A stretch of 41,669 bases of DNA from Phycisphaerales bacterium (GCA_039679525.1 JBDKUU010000806.1:1-41669); one strand, 5' to 3'; shown: positions 8,015 to 15,953, numbered from the stretch's first letter. A program made the numbers and translations. Notes: generated by a model not told the origin, from the sequence alone.

Positions 8015-9163
8015 TCACGCCTTCCAACTGAGATATACCTGTTTCATCCCACATGCCTTTGCCGCGATCCGTGCCAATTCGTCCCGACTGACCCGGCAAA
8101 TCACCCCTTTATGATGAATAGCTACATTGTCCCCAACCTGGTCCATGCAGGTGATCGCCAGCGAGAACTTCACCTTCAGATTTCCCCGCTTCTTCCGATC
8201 CCCTCGAACCGCCTCCCCAATCAGATCGATGTCCAAACAGCCGAACCGAAGAGACCCCTGCCATTCGTTCTCTACGTTCGTTGCGTCCTTGTAACTCAGG
8301 CTCGCATCTTCCGTTGGCAGGGGCCCGTGCCCGTGCCGTGTCGTGTACGCTCTCGTGACGTAGACCACGTCGAGTTCCGATATCCCCGCAGATTCGCAGA
8401 TCGTGACGATGTTCGGCAAGCCCGTCCTGCTCCGTGTGACGTGCGGGAAAAAACGAAACGTCTCGTCGAGACAGAGCCCCTGAGAACCTTCGAAGATAAC
8501 CGTGTTCCACCGCTCGAGTTCCGATGCCAGCATTGGCCTGGCCGCCGTGTGGAACGCGGCAGCGCTGTCCATGAACTCGTCGAATAATAGCGAAGATGCA
8601 CATGCCTGCCGCAGGTTGTCCGAAGGAACCAAACCCAAAGACGCCAATCGATTCGGAAGGTAGACGTCGCGGATCGCCCGCACTTTTTCGGCAAAGTCTT
8701 TACACTCCATGTTCCACGCGAACAGTGGAAATTTTCCCTCGCACAATCTGACTACAGTCTCATTCACCCCGTAGCCGCAGGACCCGTGCCGTTGTGATCC
8801 GCGAGCGCGCTCCACTTCCCGATTGATGAGCATATCGTAAGGCGTCGTGATCGGGCTTGCGGGGTCCACGTAGAATTTCGGTTCGACGTATTGCCCAAGG
8901 TCCTTGTTCTCTCCGATCCACAGGAGTGGGTTGCAGATGAAGAACCGGGATAGATAAGTCGCAGAACCGTCCAGCGTCCCGCTGCCGAAGTGATGAAAGA
9001 CGTGCCCCACGCCGTCCTCTCGCACGACGGTGTGGCCGGCCTGGGGGCCGCCGTTGTAGCGAACCACAACGGACGGCCCTTTGGCCTGTGACGCAAAGAC
9101 GTGCGTCATTCTGCCTTTGCCCTCGTCACCGAACGCACTACCGATGATCGCCATAGCTTTCAT
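8015..9163 (-). CDS. Adenylosuccinate-synthetase family protein (PurA/PurZ-like)
   Basis: MKAMAIIGSAFGDEGKGRM (GDEGKG P-loop), YNGGPQAGHTV (AGHT His), FEGSQG and TRHGHGPLPTE. The ATG at 9163 forms an ATGA overlap with the vWA gene stop. The Asp/IMP loops diverge from E. coli PurA. Confidence 0.75.
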   Translation of the reverse strand: MKAMAIIGSAFGDEGKGRMTHVFASQAKGPSVVVRYNGGPQAGHTVVREDGVGHVFHHFGSGTLDGSATYLSRFFICNPLLWIGENKDLGQYVEPKFYVDPASPITTPYDMLINREVERARGSQRHGSCGYGVNETVVRLCEGKFPLFAWNMECKDFAEKVRAIRDVYLPNRLASLGLVPSDNLRQACASSLLFDEFMDSAAAFHTAARPMLASELERWNTVIFEGSQGLCLDETFRFFPHVTRSRTGLPNIVTICESAGISELDVVYVTRAYTTRHGHGPLPTEDASLSYKDATNVENEWQGSLRFGCLDIDLIGEAVRGDRKKRGNLKVKFSLAITCMDQVGDNVAIHHKGVICRVSRDELARIAAKACGMKQVYLSWKA

Positions 9164-10071
9164 ACATCGACCACCGTGATTCCTCCGCACGCCGTTCGCT
9201 TGGACAGCCCGGAAATCGCCTGTCTCACCACGACGCCGGTGCTGCCGTCCCATGAGGCCGCCACATTCTCGGCATTTTGCCCCTCATTCACCTGCATGAT
9301 CGAAACGATGACCTCTCCGAGACGGTTATGATCGGACACTTCAATGGCCCGCTCCCCCAGCAACTCCCTCCATTTCGCGATGGCATTCTGCTGTCTCGTC
9401 GCCGAAGTCGGCGTGATGAGGTGGAACACGTTCCAGTCACACGAGACTTCATCCAGGAGATCCTCGATGGCAACATCCGCTTCAACTGTCCCAGCCATGA
9501 ACCTTTGGATTTCTTCGCGAGTCAGGACCGGCAAAGGGGATTCATCTCCCACCGTGAAGAGATACCCCATCCGATTTCTCTTGATGATCGCGTCACACTT
9601 CGTCTTGTGGGCGGCGAACCACCACAGGATCGGGTACGATTCCCCCCCATTTCCGCCGCCGTTCCCTTCGATGAAGAACTTCTCGATCTGTTGGGCGAGA
9701 CGGATGTCTGCCTCGAATTGCGTGGTCTGAATCGGCGCATCGTCGCATGTGGCATCTCCGATCGCGGCCAACAACACATGCGGGTCCGTCACCGGTTTTC
9801 GGTCGTAGATGCCTTGGATGATGATTCCCAGCGACTTCTTGATGATCGTCGTAGCGAGCATCCCCATCGAACCCGTCTCATCCACCCCAATAATAACCGG
9901 GGTGGATTGCGGATTGGCTGGCGAATCACACGATTCCCGCACGCCGAACTTCGCCGGGTTCAGGTCATCGTGACAACCCGAACGATTGGTGAAGATGTCC
10001 TCTTGCGACTTGCCTGCGATGGACTTCGAATAATCCGTGTACACACTGTCATTCCATGTTGCATTTCCCAT
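9160..10071 (-). CDS. von Willebrand factor A (vWA) domain protein
   Basis: MIDAS-like VIIGVDETGSMG followed by a Rossmann-like alternation pattern. Size is 303 aa. Confidence 0.6.
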   Translation of the reverse strand: MGNATWNDSVYTDYSKSIAGKSQEDIFTNRSGCHDDLNPAKFGVRESCDSPANPQSTPVIIGVDETGSMGMLATTIIKKSLGIIIQGIYDRKPVTDPHVLLAAIGDATCDDAPIQTTQFEADIRLAQQIEKFFIEGNGGGNGGESYPILWWFAAHKTKCDAIIKRNRMGYLFTVGDESPLPVLTREEIQRFMAGTVEADVAIEDLLDEVSCDWNVFHLITPTSATRQQNAIAKWRELLGERAIEVSDHNRLGEVIVSIMQVNEGQNAENVAASWDGSTGVVVRQAISGLSKRTACGGITVVDV

Positions 10072-10110
10072 GTTTGTCCCTTTCGTAAATCGTTTCCGTT
10101 CACCTGTTCG

Positions 10111-11136
10111 TCACAATGTCAGCCCTTTCGGCTTCTCCTGCACGCGGCAGGACTCGGGGAAGTCCAAGACGTCGTGCGTCACTCGTCGCCAGTCGCTCGT
10201 TGGTCCCTGCTTCATCCAGACCGCGACCCCTGCATTCTGGCACTGCTCCACCATTTCCGCGGCCGCCGCCCACCAGCCCCCAGGGTCTTCCGCCGCCCAT
10301 CGGCCCGGCCTGCCGCCCGGCAGCTTCTCGCAGCCGATCACAACCCAGTCGAGGCGTGGATCTGGGCCGAACGGGTTGTGTACGGCGGAATAGTCGTGGA
10401 CACAGCCATCCTCACTCGCGCCGCAGTTGGGACATTCCCAGTGGCCGTCCACGTCGTCAGGCCCATCATACTCTTTGGCCAGCCCACCCTCCGGCGTATC
10501 GTTGTCACGAAATCCGAGCCAGCCGCAATCGCTGCACTGGACGTCGGCCAGGTATTTCAATAATCCGTTGCCGATTGGCTCGATCAACGGCTCGAAGCTC
10601 ACGCCTCGCATCACCGCCGGAATCCGAACGAGTGTCTCGATCCGGTCCAGATGCTTCGGCGACTCGACCGAGACCATCAGGATCACATGGCGAAACGCAT
10701 CAGGCCACAGCCAGTATGGTGGGGGCCTGTGCTGGTACCACTTTATGAACTCCGCCATCCGCTCGACGCACTTCGTCAGGACCATGAACCGCTGCTCGGG
10801 ACACGTGGCCATCGTGTCGAAGACGCGGGCTATGTACTCCAACGGCACCCGCTCGTCGAACAGATCGGATTTGCTGTTCACGAAGATGAGCTGCGGACCT
10901 CGCCAATGGCGCGGCAGGTCAAGGTTGGACTCCAGCAACTCCACTTCGCCGGACCATCGCAACGCGCCATGCGAGTCTCGCGAGATAACCTTGGCCGCCG
11001 GGCCACCAGGGAACCGCCCCGCAATCCGGGCCAGGCTCGGCAAGGCCCAACAGTGCTCGCAACCCTCGGACCGCTTCTCGCAGCCCAAGGTCACGTCCCA
11101 GGTCTCGTCACAGTATGGAATCTCAGTATCAGCCAT
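10111..11136 (-). CDS. Phage Gp37/Gp68 (DUF5131) family protein with an inserted zinc ribbon
   Basis: N-terminus IPYCDETWDVTLGCEKRSEGCEHCWA is the family signature. Extra segment: CSDCGW...CPNCG. Confidence 0.7.
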   Translation of the reverse strand: MADTEIPYCDETWDVTLGCEKRSEGCEHCWALPSLARIAGRFPGGPAAKVISRDSHGALRWSGEVELLESNLDLPRHWRGPQLIFVNSKSDLFDERVPLEYIARVFDTMATCPEQRFMVLTKCVERMAEFIKWYQHRPPPYWLWPDAFRHVILMVSVESPKHLDRIETLVRIPAVMRGVSFEPLIEPIGNGLLKYLADVQCSDCGWLGFRDNDTPEGGLAKEYDGPDDVDGHWECPNCGASEDGCVHDYSAVHNPFGPDPRLDWVVIGCEKLPGGRPGRWAAEDPGGWWAAAAEMVEQCQNAGVAVWMKQGPTSDWRRVTHDVLDFPESCRVQEKPKGLTL

Positions 11137-11146
11137 TCAAACCCCT

Positions 11147-11178
11147 TTCACCATAGAGACACAGAGATCACAGAGATC
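11147..11178. repeat. Mini-repeat of the CACAGAG family (TTCACC...CAGAGA orientation on +)
   Basis: TTCACCATAGAGACACAGAGATCACAGAGATC, 10 nt upstream of the start at 11136. Confidence 0.75.
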
Positions 11179-11370
11179 GTAGATGTTTGAGAATCACGTC
11201 ATGGACCGCCGCCTTGCACCAACCACACCCCGGCCTCTCAGGGCCAAACGGACTATCCCTGTGCATCAGCATGAGACGGCTCGCCTTTTTTCCGTTGCCG
11301 CCATCCGTGAATAGTTCCTCTGTAATCTCGTCCGCAAGCCTGTCGTATTTTCGTTCCATCCTGTTCTGCA
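11168..11370 (-). CDS. Small hypothetical protein
   Basis: ATG at 11370 (MQNRMERKYDRLADEITEEL...CGWCKAAVHDV) directly abuts the repeat at 11371..11400. Confidence 0.4.
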
Positions 11371-11400
11371 TCTCCGTGTCCTCTGTGCCTCTGTGGTGAA
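11371..11400. repeat. Mini-repeat of the CTCTGTG family (…GGTGAA orientation on +)
   Basis: TCTCCGTGTCCTCTGTGCCTCTGTGGTGAA. It is the inverted partner of 11147..11178, and the pair flanks the small gene. Confidence 0.75.
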
Positions 11401-11495
11401 TCATTTCAGGCCGTCCTTGTTCCCCGGCCGAAGCCACCCGGCGACCGCCGCCGCCATCCACAAGACCGGCCAGACTATCGCCCCGATCAGCCGCT

Positions 11496-11888
11496 TCATC
11501 GTTCTTCGCTCGGCAACTTCATTGCCCGCAGACATTCGACCAGCCGCTTCCTTGCCGTGGCGGTATCCCCGTTCGTGATCTCCGTCACCGCCTGCTCGAT
11601 CTGACCGATGACAACGCCCTCTTCGACACCGAACAGCAGAAAGCCGTCAATCCACTCCACACCGTTGTCGTCCCAGAGTTGTTTTGTGCGCAGGGCGTCC
11701 TCCTGCTCAGCGACCCACTGCCGATACAGCCAGTCCCGACTCCGCCGGCCGTGGACCCCGGCCGCGTACTTGCCGCCCCAGATCCGGGGGGCCTGCCCGA
11801 GCAGCCAGAGGAACAGACCATTCCACGACCGCTGCCCGAGGAACACGCCCACAACCCTGAGTACCGCCCTACCGATCAAACCCCACAT
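11496..11888 (-). CDS. Membrane-anchored hypothetical protein
   Basis: The ATG at 11888 is preceded by GAAAGGAGTAACC (SD). N-terminal segment is hydrophobic (MWGLIGRAVLRVVGVFL). Confidence 0.5.
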   Translation of the reverse strand: MWGLIGRAVLRVVGVFLGQRSWNGLFLWLLGQAPRIWGGKYAAGVHGRRSRDWLYRQWVAEQEDALRTKQLWDDNGVEWIDGFLLFGVEEGVVIGQIEQAVTEITNGDTATARKRLVECLRAMKLPSEER

Positions 11889-11905
11889 GGTTACTCCTTT
11901 CAATT

Positions 11906-11936
11906 TCTCTCGCAGAGACGCGGAGACGCAGAGGTC
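11906..11936. repeat. Mini-repeat of the GAGACGC family
   Basis: CTCTCGCAGAGACGCGGAGACGCAGAGGTCA. Confidence 0.7.
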
Positions 11937-11991
11937 AAAGAGCCGCCGGACGGTTCACGCCGCCCGGCGGCTTCCGAGGAGGTGTATGAGA

Positions 11992-12501
11992 CTATGGATT
12001 CAGCCAGATCGTCACGCCGAACAGGGCGCGGACCTCCGGCTGCTCGTCCGCCGAGCCCTCCGGACGCACCCACTCGGCCCAGATCGTCGGCTGAACGAAC
12101 CGGTCGGGGAACAGCATGGCGCCCGTCGCCAGCAGGAAACTCATATCGGCGCTGTCGTTGATCTCCCACGTCACGCCGATCCGGCCGTAGGTCGTCAAGG
12201 GCACGTCCGGCAGGTCGATCGCGGGCAGAACTGTACCCAGGATCTTGCGGTAGGCCTCGTCCAATCGGAAGGTCGCCACGGGCCCGAGTGCAAAGTTCTC
12301 GCCCGTGTCCTCACTAACCGCCGAGTCCGTCACGAACAGCAATCCCACACCCCCGTTCGGATCGGGCCACCAACTTGCGGCGATCTGCACGTCCTCGTAG
12401 TCGAAAGCCCCGTCCACCGTCCATGTGCCCAGGTCCATCGAACCCCAGCACGGCACCACAACCAACAAACCGATAATCCACTGAAACGTCCTTGCTCTCA
12501 T
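11992..12501 (-). CDS. Secreted or envelope protein with a signal peptide, function unknown
   Basis: MRARTFQWIIGLLVVVPCWGS is signal-like. SD AAAGGA lies upstream. The protein has a beta-rich composition. Confidence 0.5.
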   Translation of the reverse strand: MRARTFQWIIGLLVVVPCWGSMDLGTWTVDGAFDYEDVQIAASWWPDPNGGVGLLFVTDSAVSEDTGENFALGPVATFRLDEAYRKILGTVLPAIDLPDVPLTTYGRIGVTWEINDSADMSFLLATGAMLFPDRFVQPTIWAEWVRPEGSADEQPEVRALFGVTIWLNP

Positions 12502-12520
12502 GTTCGAATCCTTTCTAAAG

Positions 12521-12630
12521 AAGTTTGAAGTTTCAAGTTTGAAGTTTGAAGGTTATCCTCTCGCAAAGACGCGGAGACACAGAGGTCACGAAGAAGATGG
12601 TGTCTCGTGACTCGTGATCCGTGACTCGTA
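12521..12630. repeat. Composite spacer made of three different mini-repeat families
   Basis: (AAGTTTGA)x4 at 12521-12552, CCTCTCGCAAAGACGCGGAGACACAGAGGTCAC at 12557-12589, and GTGACTCGTGATCCGTGACTCGTA at 12606-12630. Confidence 0.75.
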
Positions 12631-13011
12631 TACGACCACCCGGGCAAGCTGCATACCTGCGAACCATAGTTTGTAGGACTCGCAGGGAGGATCGTGTTCG
12701 CCGCATCCGCCGCACTCATGCGACTCACAGAATTCCTCTGGGTCGAGTGCCAATACCCCCTGCGAGTGGTCCCATCCCGCAGCCACCTTTTGCGACCAGT
12801 CAACCACTTTGTCACACCACATCACCTGCAGTACGTGCGGTTCGATGTCATCGTCATCGAGACGCCTACCCACGTTGCTGTTCAGGAATCGCTCGAAGGC
12901 CACATCAACGCCGATATCGTCACCGCTGCCGAGACAATCCGGGCAGGTCCCAATGTCTACAATGCCCTCACCACTGCAAGTCACGCATTCTCCAAGTTCC
13001 TCTTCTCTCAT
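12586..13011 (-). CDS. Zinc-finger protein with a DnaJ-type CxxCxGxG pair
   Basis: ATG at 13011: MREEELGECVTCSGEGIVDIGTCPDCLGSGDD... The C-terminal codons are repeat-derived. Confidence 0.5.
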   Translation of the reverse strand: MREEELGECVTCSGEGIVDIGTCPDCLGSGDDIGVDVAFERFLNSNVGRRLDDDDIEPHVLQVMWCDKVVDWSQKVAAGWDHSQGVLALDPEEFCESHECGGCGEHDPPCESYKLWFAGMQLARVVVYESRITSHETPSSS

Positions 13012-13292
13012 TTTTCTGTGTCCTCTGTGTCGTCTGTGCCTCTGTGGTGCATCTCTTCCGCGAACGCCACACACACATCGCAGCCGACCGGGCAGTCGTC
13101 ATCTACCTTGAGCGGGCAGGGCTCGACGCCGCCGGGCTCCGGGATCAGAACCCTCGGCCGCTCGATCCCGTCGCCGCATAGGTCGAGGTCGCGGCCGCTG
13201 AGGTCGGGATTCGTCGCTCGGCTCTCGTCGCTCGCCATATCGAGCCGGACCGTCAGCAGGTCATCCATCGTCAGGTCACTCATCGGGTCCAT
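13008..13292 (-). CDS. Small acidic hypothetical protein
   Basis: A 94-aa ORF whose last ~14 residues (HHRGTDDTEDTEK) are encoded by the CACAGAG repeat. Its stop overlaps the next ATG (ATGA). Confidence 0.45.
   Translation of the reverse strand: MDPMSDLTMDDLLTVRLDMASDESRATNPDLSGRDLDLCGDGIERPRVLIPEPGGVEPCPLKVDDDCPVGCDVCVAFAEEMHHRGTDDTEDTEK
13013..13050. repeat. Mini-repeat of the CTCTGTG family
   Basis: TTCTGTGTCCTCTGTGTCGTCTGTGCCTCTGTGGTGCA. Confidence 0.75.
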
Positions 13293-13364
13293 CGTTCGTC
13301 ACTCGTCCCTCGTCGCTCGTCGCTCGTTTCGTATCTGCGTTCATTCGCGTTCATCTGCGGTTCC
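13291..13364. repeat. Composite spacer: CGTCGCTCGT family plus GTTCATCTGC family
   Basis: TCGTTCGTCACTCGTCCCTCGTCGCTCGTCGCTCGTTTCG followed by TATCTGCGTTCATTCGCGTTCATCTGCGGTTCCC. Confidence 0.75.
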
Positions 13365-13366
13365 CT

Positions 13367-13687
13367 TCAGGTTCCGAACATGGTACAACACGATCCGATC
13401 CGCGAATTGCCCCCAGCATAGAGCATCGTGAGGTTCGGCACATGGGCGAGGCCCGCGTCCGTGATCCCCGAATTGCCCCATGCATCGAGCGTCGTGAGGT
13501 TCGGCACATGGGCGAGGCCCGCGTCCGTGATCCCCGAATTGCCCCCATCATAGAGCTTCGTGAGGTTCGGCACATGGGCGAGGCCCGCGTCCGTGATCCC
13601 CGAATTGCCCCCAGCATAGAGCGTCGTGAGGTTCGGCAACTCGGCGACCTCGACTCCAATCTGTCTGGCAAATTGTTCGGCTGTCAT
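13367..13687 (-). CDS. Mini leucine-rich-repeat (RNI-like LRR) protein
   Basis: Four near-identical 22-aa units of NSGITDAGLAHVPNLTxLYxGG. Size is 106 aa. Confidence 0.65.
   Translation of the reverse strand: MTAEQFARQIGVEVAELPNLTTLYAGGNSGITDAGLAHVPNLTKLYDGGNSGITDAGLAHVPNLTTLDAWGNSGITDAGLAHVPNLTMLYAGGNSRIGSCCTMFGT
13395..13640. repeat. 66-bp tandem repeat (about 3.7 copies) encoding the LRR units
   Basis: CACATGGGCGAGG recurs at 13439, 13505 and 13571. Confidence 0.85.
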
Positions 13688-13715
13688 AGTTACCCCTTAA
13701 AATGCAAGCAGCCAC

Positions 13716-13808
13716 TATCCCCGAATCCGTCCGATCCAGTTTCGTAGTCTTCTGAAAATCTGCCGCAGTAGACGTCTCATCATTTCCATCCTTCGCGTTC
13801 ATCTGCGG
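13716..13808. repeat. Direct duplication, copy 1: 5' region plus the first 24 codons of gene 13827..14114
   Basis: About 93 nt, nearly identical to 14041..14143. It encodes the truncated MEMMRRLLRQIFRRLRNWIGRIRG*. Confidence 0.85.
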
Positions 13809-13826
13809 TTCCCTTCCCCTTGTCAC

Positions 13827-14114
13827 TCACTTCCCGTCCAGAACGGCCTTAAGAACTTCGGGCCAGATCCCTTCATTCTGCCAGACCCGCTGAACCAGCT
13901 GCCAGTAGTATGGCAGCCGTTGCTCAGGAGACAGGTGTCCCCAGCATGTTTCACAGAGGGGGAAACAACCAATAGTACCGAAGTGAGTAGTATGGGGCTC
14001 GGCATGATCCCATGTATCCCCACAGCGCAAACAATAGCTATATCCCCGAATCCGTCCGATCCAGTTTCGTGGTCTTCTGAAAATCTGCCGCAGTAGACGT
14101 CTCATCATTTCCAT
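13827..14114 (-). CDS. Hypothetical Cys/Trp-rich protein
   Basis: 95-aa ORF: MEMMRRLLRQIFRRPRNWIGRIRGYSYCLRCGDTWDH...CETCWGH. Confidence 0.5.
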   Translation of the reverse strand: MEMMRRLLRQIFRRPRNWIGRIRGYSYCLRCGDTWDHAEPHTTHFGTIGCFPLCETCWGHLSPEQRLPYYWQLVQRVWQNEGIWPEVLKAVLDGK

Positions 14115-14143
14115 CCTTCGCGTTCATCCGCGTTCATCTGCGT
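14041..14143. repeat. Direct duplication, copy 2, with one extra GTTCATCCGC unit
   Basis: See 13716..13808. There is one substitution plus a 10-nt indel. Confidence 0.85.
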
Positions 14144-14447
14144 TTTGCCCCGTCTTGCGCACGAGAAGTTCCGCAACTGCCGCTTCAAGCAACTCCCGTG
14201 TAGCGTCCAGTCGCTTTCGCAGGTCGCCACGTTCCCGAATGACATCATCCAGCCTGCCCACCAGTACCTTGTTCCGTTTCTCGTACTCCTCTGCGATTAA
14301 CTTCCAATCCGTCCACTCCTCACGAACCACCAACAACCACCGCTCCCGGCATCGCGTACACTCGATCTCCAGGCAGGTGCGCGGTTGGGGTTCTGAAAAA
14401 CAAACGTCATACTCCGGCAAAAGTGCCTTCTCTTTGTACTTCATCAT
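14124..14447 (-). CDS. Hypothetical coiled-coil protein
   Basis: A 107-aa ORF with a helical, charged C-terminal half. Confidence 0.45.
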   Translation of the reverse strand: MMKYKEKALLPEYDVCFSEPQPRTCLEIECTRCRERWLLVVREEWTDWKLIAEEYEKRNKVLVGRLDDVIRERGDLRKRLDATRELLEAAVAELLVRKTGQNADERG

Positions 14448-14892
14448 TTCCTGGGCTCTCCGTGTCTCTGTGGCGCATCATCCGGACCTCTGCCGCCGTC
14501 GGCGGCCGCTCCACCTCGAACAGGTGCAGCTTCACCGCCACACCGAACTGGAGTTGCCGCAATGTCTCGATGGCCTTGGCCTGTGTCGCCGCAATCACCT
14601 TCTGAAACCGGCAGACCTCGTCCACATGGCCGCTCTCGTACTCCGACCGATACCAGATCGTCCAGGCGGCGATGTTGTCCTCGGAATACTCCTCGCCCCG
14701 CTGGATCGCGAGCCGGACCACGTGCCGACACCCGCAGTGCGGGCAGTCGCCGCGATGGTCCACGACCTCCGGCAGTGCCCGAGTCGCCGGGGCCAGCGAC
14801 CCGGCCCGAGGGCGGGCGTTCGGGTTGCGGATCGTCGAGGGATCAGCCCCGAGCGGGGTCCTCTTCGAACGGGATACCGCCTTCCTGCCCAT
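14407..14892 (-). CDS. Hypothetical protein
   Basis: A 161-aa ORF containing CPHCGC. Its tail reads through the CTCTGTG repeat at 14456..14477. Confidence 0.45.
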   Translation of the reverse strand: MGRKAVSRSKRTPLGADPSTIRNPNARPRAGSLAPATRALPEVVDHRGDCPHCGCRHVVRLAIQRGEEYSEDNIAAWTIWYRSEYESGHVDEVCRFQKVIAATQAKAIETLRQLQFGVAVKLHLFEVERPPTAAEVRMMRHRDTESPGNDEVQREGTFAGV

Positions 14893-15670
14893 CAGTCCCT
14901 TCCGTGTTTTCGTCCTCGATCTTGTCGGGGTCCTCGCAGATCTTCGCTTCGATCGCCGCCATCACCTGCTCCCGCATCTTCGTCCGCCGAGCGACCAACG
15001 CCCGCTTGCCGTCCGCCGTGCCCGTCATCGGGATCTCGTCCAGCCAGGCCGCGATCCCGAGCTGCACGGCGTTCAACGCCGCCGTGCGCGAGGTGAACGC
15101 CGGGCCCTCCTTGGCATCGTGCTCCTGCGTGTAATTGCCGAGCCGGGCCAGCCAGCCGCTACGCCACTGGCCGGGACCCTCGTAGATCAGATCGACCGTG
15201 AGCTCCGCCAACTTCAACCCCTTGCACTTGATCGCGAACGAGTCGGAGTGCGGAATCTGCTTCTCTGTGTCCTCTGTGACGGGCTTCGCCTTTCCGAACA
15301 TCGTCGGCTGGATCTCCGTGATCGTCAGCAGGATCGGCGTATCGGCCGCACTCATCCTCTTGATCGCCGTGGCCCGCTCGTCCGGACTGTGGAACCCGCT
15401 GATCCGGAGCTTCTGCCCCTTCGTCCTACAGGACATGCTCACGAGCTTCACAACGCTCGTGATCGGCTCGATCTGGAGCTTCTTCTGCTCCGGCGCCAGC
15501 GTGATCCGGACCTTGTCGTCGCCGTCCGCCCGGATCAGCCGATCCAGCTCGCCCACCTGGTCCGCGGAGAAGTCGCACAGGTCCAGGTCGAGCTTCTCCT
15601 TCTCGCCGGCCACGGCCCAGGCGAGGATCTTCGTCTTCGTCGTCACGTTCATCCGTTGGATTCCTTTCAT
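14843..15670 (-). CDS. Hypothetical early protein with two domains joined by a repeat-derived linker
   Basis: A 275-aa ORF. The ATG at 15670 abuts the repeat. An internal VTEDTEKQ is encoded by the CTCTGTG element at 15261..15280. Confidence 0.5.
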   Translation of the reverse strand: MKGIQRMNVTTKTKILAWAVAGEKEKLDLDLCDFSADQVGELDRLIRADGDDKVRITLAPEQKKLQIEPITSVVKLVSMSCRTKGQKLRISGFHSPDERATAIKRMSAADTPILLTITEIQPTMFGKAKPVTEDTEKQIPHSDSFAIKCKGLKLAELTVDLIYEGPGQWRSGWLARLGNYTQEHDAKEGPAFTSRTAALNAVQLGIAAWLDEIPMTGTADGKRALVARRTKMREQVMAAIEAKICEDPDKIEDENTEGTDGQEGGIPFEEDPARG

Positions 15671-15672
15671 TT

Positions 15673-15762
15673 TTCACCACAGAGACACGGAGGTCACAGA
15701 GGGCGCGGATAGCTTGACGTCACTCCCTTGTTTTCTCCGTGTTCTCCGTGTTTCTGTGGTGC
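15673..15762. repeat. Inverted pair of CACAGAG-family elements separated by about 28 nt
   Basis: TTCACCACAGAGACACGGAGGTCACAGAGGG (15673-15703) versus TTCTCCGTGTTCTCCGTGTTTCTGTGGTGCA (15732-15762). Confidence 0.7.
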
Positions 15763-15953
15763 ATTCCTCGTTCGAGCCCGACGTACATCTGCCGGCACTC
15801 GCGGAGGCGGTTCTGGTCCTCCTCGTCTTCACACTCGCCGCCCATGACCATGGCCGCGACGGTCAGGACGCCCACGCCCAGGCCGGCGAGACTACAGAGG
15901 ATCCCCACCCCGATCGCCAGCCACTTCACGATGACCCACATCACGACGGCCAT
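15720..15953 (-). CDS. Small membrane protein
   Basis: The ATG at 15953 is preceded by CGAAAGGAGTCTTGC. MAVVMWVIVKWLAIGVGILCSLAGLGVGVLTVAAMV has two TM segments. The tail is repeat-derived. Confidence 0.5.
   Translation of the reverse strand: MAVVMWVIVKWLAIGVGILCSLAGLGVGVLTVAAMVMGGECEDEEDQNRLRECRQMYVGLERGMHHRNTENTEKTRE

Noticed and set aside
8015-9253. The PurA-like gene as evidence of host chromosomal DNA, or as a plain housekeeping purA
   Set aside because: It is translationally coupled (ATGA) to phage-type neighbours. It is shorter than bacterial PurA and has divergent substrate loops. The 30-aa N-terminal extension of the tracked ORF overlaps the vWA gene and was trimmed.
9277-10563. 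428-aa plus-strand ORF
   Set aside because: It is antisense to the vWA and DUF5131 genes, both of which carry clear family motifs.
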